DNA from: Acidimicrobiales bacterium
GTDB lineage: Bacteria; Actinomycetota; Acidimicrobiia; Acidimicrobiales; VFJN01
Length of the DNA stretch: 44,521 bases
Direction: 5' to 3'
Assembly: GCA_035649455.1 (NCBI GenBank)
Contig: DASRJN010000491.1
Location: 1 to 44,521, forward strand
Below the pieces are notes generated by a model. It saw nothing but the letters and a program-made list of their open reading frames with translations, was not told the origin of the DNA and searched no databases. This document shows positions 41,073 through 44,521 of this stretch, piece by piece. Each line of letters starts with the position of its first letter. Within the stretch, counting starts at the first letter, position 1. Position numbers and translations under genes: made by a program.

Positions 41073-42052
41073 CCGTCGAGCAGGCTGGCCAGGCTGATCT
41101 CGGGGCGGGCGCCGATGTGGCTGATGACCTCGGCCGCGGCCAGCGAGCCCAGCTCGCCACACCGGGGCAGCGGCAGGCCGACGGTGTAGCCGTACAGGAA
41201 CCCGGCGGCGTACAGGTCACCCGCGCCGGTGGTGTCCACGACGTCCACGGGGTGGGCGGGGACCTCGTGGGTCTCGGCGCCCGACACCACCACCGAGCCC
41301 TTCTCCGACAGGGTGATGCAGGCCACGGCCACCTCGGCCCGGGCCCGCTCGACGGCGGCGCCGACCTCGTCGCAGCCCCACAGAGCGCACGCCTCGGCCT
41401 CGTTGGCGAAGAGGATGTCGACCCGCTCGCGCACCAGGGGCAGGAAGCCGTCGCGGTGGCGCTCGACGCAGAACAGGTCCGACAGGGTGAGGGCGACCCT
41501 GCGGCCCGCGTCGCTGGCGTACTTGGAGGCCGTCCAGTAGGCGTCCTGGGACTCCGGCCGGTCGAACAGGTAGCCCTCCAGGATCGTGACCTGGGCGCTG
41601 CGGATGATCTCGGCGTCGACGTCGTCGGGGCAGAAGAAGGCCGACGCCCCCAGGTAGGTGTTCATCGTGCGGTGGGCGTCGGGGGTGACCACTATGAGGC
41701 TGCGCCCGGTGGGCGGGCCGTCGTGCACGGGCGGGTTGACGAAGTGGACGCCCTGGGCCTTCATGTCATGGGCGAACACCGCGCCGAGCTGGTCGTCGTA
41801 GACCCGGCCCAGGTAGGCGGTACGGCCCCCGAAGCTCGCCACCCCGGCGGCCGTGTTGGCGACCGAGCCGCCGGACGTCTCGATCGCCACCCCCATGGCG
41901 GCGTAGAGCTCCTCCGCCCGGTCGGTCTCGATGAGGGTCATGGCGCTCTTCACCAGGCCGTGGGCAGCGATGAACTCGTCGGTCTCGTGGGAGATGACGT
42001 CGACGAGAGCGTTGCCGATCCCCACGACGTCGAGGCTGGCGTCGGTGGTCAT
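41069..42052 (-). CDS. PfkB-family carbohydrate/nucleoside kinase, adenosine kinase-like
   Basis: LDVVGIGNALVDV, SGGSVANTAAG and the C-terminal DTTGAGDLYAAGFLYG motif. ATG 42052 has TAGCCT 7 nt upstream; the track ORF starts at GTG 42073. Confidence 0.78.
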   Translation of the reverse strand: MTTDASLDVVGIGNALVDVISHETDEFIAAHGLVKSAMTLIETDRAEELYAAMGVAIETSGGSVANTAAGVASFGGRTAYLGRVYDDQLGAVFAHDMKAQGVHFVNPPVHDGPPTGRSLIVVTPDAHRTMNTYLGASAFFCPDDVDAEIIRSAQVTILEGYLFDRPESQDAYWTASKYASDAGRRVALTLSDLFCVERHRDGFLPLVRERVDILFANEAEACALWGCDEVGAAVERARAEVAVACITLSEKGSVVVSGAETHEVPAHPVDVVDTTGAGDLYAAGFLYGYTVGLPLPRCGELGSLAAAEVISHIGARPEISLASLLDG

Positions 42053-42121
42053 CCGGGCGAGGCTAGCAACCACGACAACCCAGGAACGCAGCGGGCGGAG
42101 CGGTCGCTACGGTGGGCGACC

Positions 42122-44521
42122 GTGCCTGACAACCCGTACCGGCTCCCCCGTACCGTCGTCCCCAGCCGCTACGACCTCACGCTGGCGCCCGACCTCGACG
42201 CGGCGACCTTCGCCGGCGAGGAGACCGTCACCGTCGAGGTGGTGACGCCCACGGCCGAGGTCGTGCTCAACGCGCTCGAGATCGAGATCGACGCGGCCAC
42301 CATCCACGTGGAGGGCGAGGACCGCCCGCTCGCCGCCACCGTGACGCTCGACCCGAAGACCGAGCGCGCCACCCTCGCGTTCCCGGCCGAGCTGCCCGCT
42401 GGGCCGGCCTCGCTCCACCTCCGGTTCCGCGGCATCCTCAATGACAAGCTGGTCGGCTTCTACCGCTCGACCTACACCGACGACCGCGGCGCCCCGCGTG
42501 TCCTCGCCACCACCCAGATGGAGGCCACCGACGCCCGCCGGGCCTTCCCCTGCTGGGACGAGCCCGACGCCAAGGCCGTGTTCGGCGTCACCCTGGTGGT
42601 CCCCGGCGACCTGCTGGCCATCGCCAACGCGGGCGAGATCGGACGCGAGCCGGCGGGTGAGGGCAAGGTGGCCGTGCGCTTCGCCGACACCATGCCCATG
42701 TCCACCTACCTGGTGGCGTTCGTGGTGGGGCCGCTGGTGGCGACCGACCCGGTCGACGTCGACGGCAAGCCCCTGCGCGTGGTGCATCCCCCGGGCAAGG
42801 AGCACCTGGCGCAGTTCGCCCTGGAGGTCGGCGCCTTCGCCCTGCGCTACTTCACCGACTGGTTCGGCATGGCCTACGCGGGCGACAAGCTCGACCTGGT
42901 CGCCATCCCCGACTTCGCCTTCGGGGCCATGGAGAACGTGGGCTGCGTGACCTTCCGGGAGCGTCTCGTGCTGGTCGACCCGGCGCTGGCCACCCAGGCC
43001 GAGCTGCAGGTCGTGGTGGACGTGATCGCCCACGAGATCGCCCACATGTGGTTCGGCGACCTCGTGACCATGAAGTGGTGGAACGGCATCTGGCTCAACG
43101 AGGCCTTCGCCACGTTCATGGAGATGACCTGCACCGACGCCTTCCGCCCCGAGTGGCAGCGCTGGGTCGACTTCGGGCTGGCCCGCTCGGCCGCGTTCGA
43201 CACGGACGCCCTGGCGTCGACCCGGCCCGTCGAGTACCCGGTGGTGTCGCCCGAGGACGCGGACGGCATGTTCGACGTGCTGACCTACGAGAAGGGCGCC
43301 TCGGTCGTCCGCATGCTGGAGCAGTACCTGGGCGCCGACCGGTTCCGGGCCGGCATCCGCCGCTACATGGCGCGCCACCAGTTCGGCAACACCGAGACGT
43401 CGGACCTGTGGGACGCCCTGGAGGCCGAGACCGGCGAGCCGGTCCGGCGCATCGCCGAGAGCTGGATCTTCCAGGGCGGCTTTCCGGAGGTCACCGTCGG
43501 CCTCGACGGCGGCTCGGGCGTCACCCTGACCCAGCGCCGCTTCGCCTACGACGGCGGCGGCGTTGCCGGCGGGGAGGACGAGCGCTGGTCGGTGCCGGTG
43601 GTCGTGCGGCACGACGGCGACGAAACTGCGACGCAGCGGGTCCTGCTCGACGGGCCGAGCGCCAGCCTGCCGCTCGACGGTGGCAGCCCCCGGTGGGTCA
43701 ACGCCAACGCGGGCGCCCACGGCTTCTACCGGGTGCGCTACACCGGCGCCCTGCTCGACGGTCTGCTCGCCAACCTCGACGCGCTGAGCCCGCTGGAGCG
43801 CTACACGATGGTGGACGACGCCTTCGCCGCGGTCCTGTCCGGATCGATCGGCGCGGCCGACTTCGTCGGGCTGGTCGAGCGCTACGGCGACGAGCGCGAC
43901 CTGTCGGTGTGGGAGCGCATCGTGGGCGGCCTGGGCCAGATCGACCGGCTGGCGGTCGAGGACGCCGCTACCGCCCTGCACACCCGCGTAGCGGCGCTGA
44001 TCGGCCCGGTGCGGGTCGAGCTGGGCGCGGCAGCCCGACCGGGCGACGACGACCGCACCCGGACCCTGCGAGGCCTGCTGCTGCAGGCGGCCGCCCTGCT
44101 GGCCGAGGACGAGGCAGCCGTGGAACGGGCCGGAGCCCTGCTCGAGCAGTTCCTGGCCCACGCACCCAGCCTCGACCCCAGCCTGGCGTCACCCGCGCTC
44201 GTGGTGACGGCCACGCTCGGCGACGTGGGCCTGCACGACCGGTTGAGCGACCGGTTCCGGACGGCCGACAACCCGCAGGATCGCGAGCGGCTGCGGATGG
44301 CCCTGGCCCACTTCCGGGACCCCGAGGCCCTAGGCCGGACCCTCGCCCTCAGCCTGTCGGGCGACGTCCGCACCCAGGACGCGCCCTTCCTGCTGCGCGA
44401 CACCATCGTCAACCGGGACAACGGCCCCGCGGCCTGGGCCTTCGTGACCGAGAACTGGCCCGAGATCGAGAAGCGGTTCCCGGCCAACAGCCTGTCCCGA
44501 CTGGTGGGCGGCATCCGCACC
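42122..44521 (+). CDS. pepN: aminopeptidase N (M1 family), truncated at its 3' end by the window edge
   Basis: Absent from the ORF track because it runs off the window. Contains the GAMEN exopeptidase motif, HEIAHMWFGD...WLNEAF (HExxH-18-E) and the ERAP1-like C-terminal region. Confidence 0.9.
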   Translation, partial: MPDNPYRLPRTVVPSRYDLTLAPDLDAATFAGEETVTVEVVTPTAEVVLNALEIEIDAATIHVEGEDRPLAATVTLDPKTERATLAFPAELPAGPASLHLRFRGILNDKLVGFYRSTYTDDRGAPRVLATTQMEATDARRAFPCWDEPDAKAVFGVTLVVPGDLLAIANAGEIGREPAGEGKVAVRFADTMPMSTYLVAFVVGPLVATDPVDVDGKPLRVVHPPGKEHLAQFALEVGAFALRYFTDWFGMAYAGDKLDLVAIPDFAFGAMENVGCVTFRERLVLVDPALATQAELQVVVDVIAHEIAHMWFGDLVTMKWWNGIWLNEAFATFMEMTCTDAFRPEWQRWVDFGLARSAAFDTDALASTRPVEYPVVSPEDADGMFDVLTYEKGASVVRMLEQYLGADRFRAGIRRYMARHQFGNTETSDLWDALEAETGEPVRRIAESWIFQGGFPEVTVGLDGGSGVTLTQRRFAYDGGGVAGGEDERWSVPVVVRHDGDETATQRVLLDGPSASLPLDGGSPRWVNANAGAHGFYRVRYTGALLDGLLANLDALSPLERYTMVDDAFAAVLSGSIGAADFVGLVERYGDERDLSVWERIVGGLGQIDRLAVEDAATALHTRVAALIGPVRVELGAAARPGDDDRTRTLRGLLLQAAALLAEDEAAVERAGALLEQFLAHAPSLDPSLASPALVVTATLGDVGLHDRLSDRFRTADNPQDRERLRMALAHFRDPEALGRTLALSLSGDVRTQDAPFLLRDTIVNRDNGPAAWAFVTENWPEIEKRFPANSLSRLVGGIRT

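Overview
This is a very high-GC, tightly packed actinobacterial chromosomal segment. I count about 47 protein-coding genes and saw no rRNA, tRNA, CRISPR array, transposase or integrase. The minus-strand backbone runs iscS-mnmA ... MetE-like gene-ligA ... gatC-gatA. From memory, this matches the Mycobacterium tuberculosis order Rv3025c-Rv3024c ... Rv3015c-Rv3014c ... Rv3012c-Rv3011c. Lineage-specific blocks sit between these anchors: an esterase with a TetR regulator, a lipoprotein, an SCP2 protein, a PASTA Ser/Thr kinase, and a TetR-MFS efflux pair. Other content: a deoxysugar C-methylation fragment at the left edge; a seven-gene RDD / SpoIIM-like / membrane / DUF4129 / DUF4350 / MoxR / DUF58 module of unknown function; housekeeping genes (rsmI, ychF, galT-like, adenosine kinase, pepN); a RES-Xre toxin-antitoxin pair; an unannotated 26-codon ORF that looks like ribosomal protein bL37; a prolyl oligopeptidase translationally coupled to a DUF2419/Qng1-like queuosine-salvage gene; a lower-GC CmcI-type methyltransferase gene; and three consecutive ORFan genes, two of them exported. 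Four signals at the sequence level seem most worth following up. (1) A 356-nt structured spacer between convergent genes at 6535-6890, in a window where other convergent genes abut or overlap, is a candidate sRNA locus. (2) TANNNT hexamers recur 6-9 nt upstream of 12 start codons, suggesting leaderless transcription. (3) Two operator-like palindromes lie next to the two TetR genes. (4) Conserved prolyl-oligopeptidase N-terminal residues are encoded upstream of that gene's first canonical start codon. All protein family calls come from motif recognition by eye. No database search was run.
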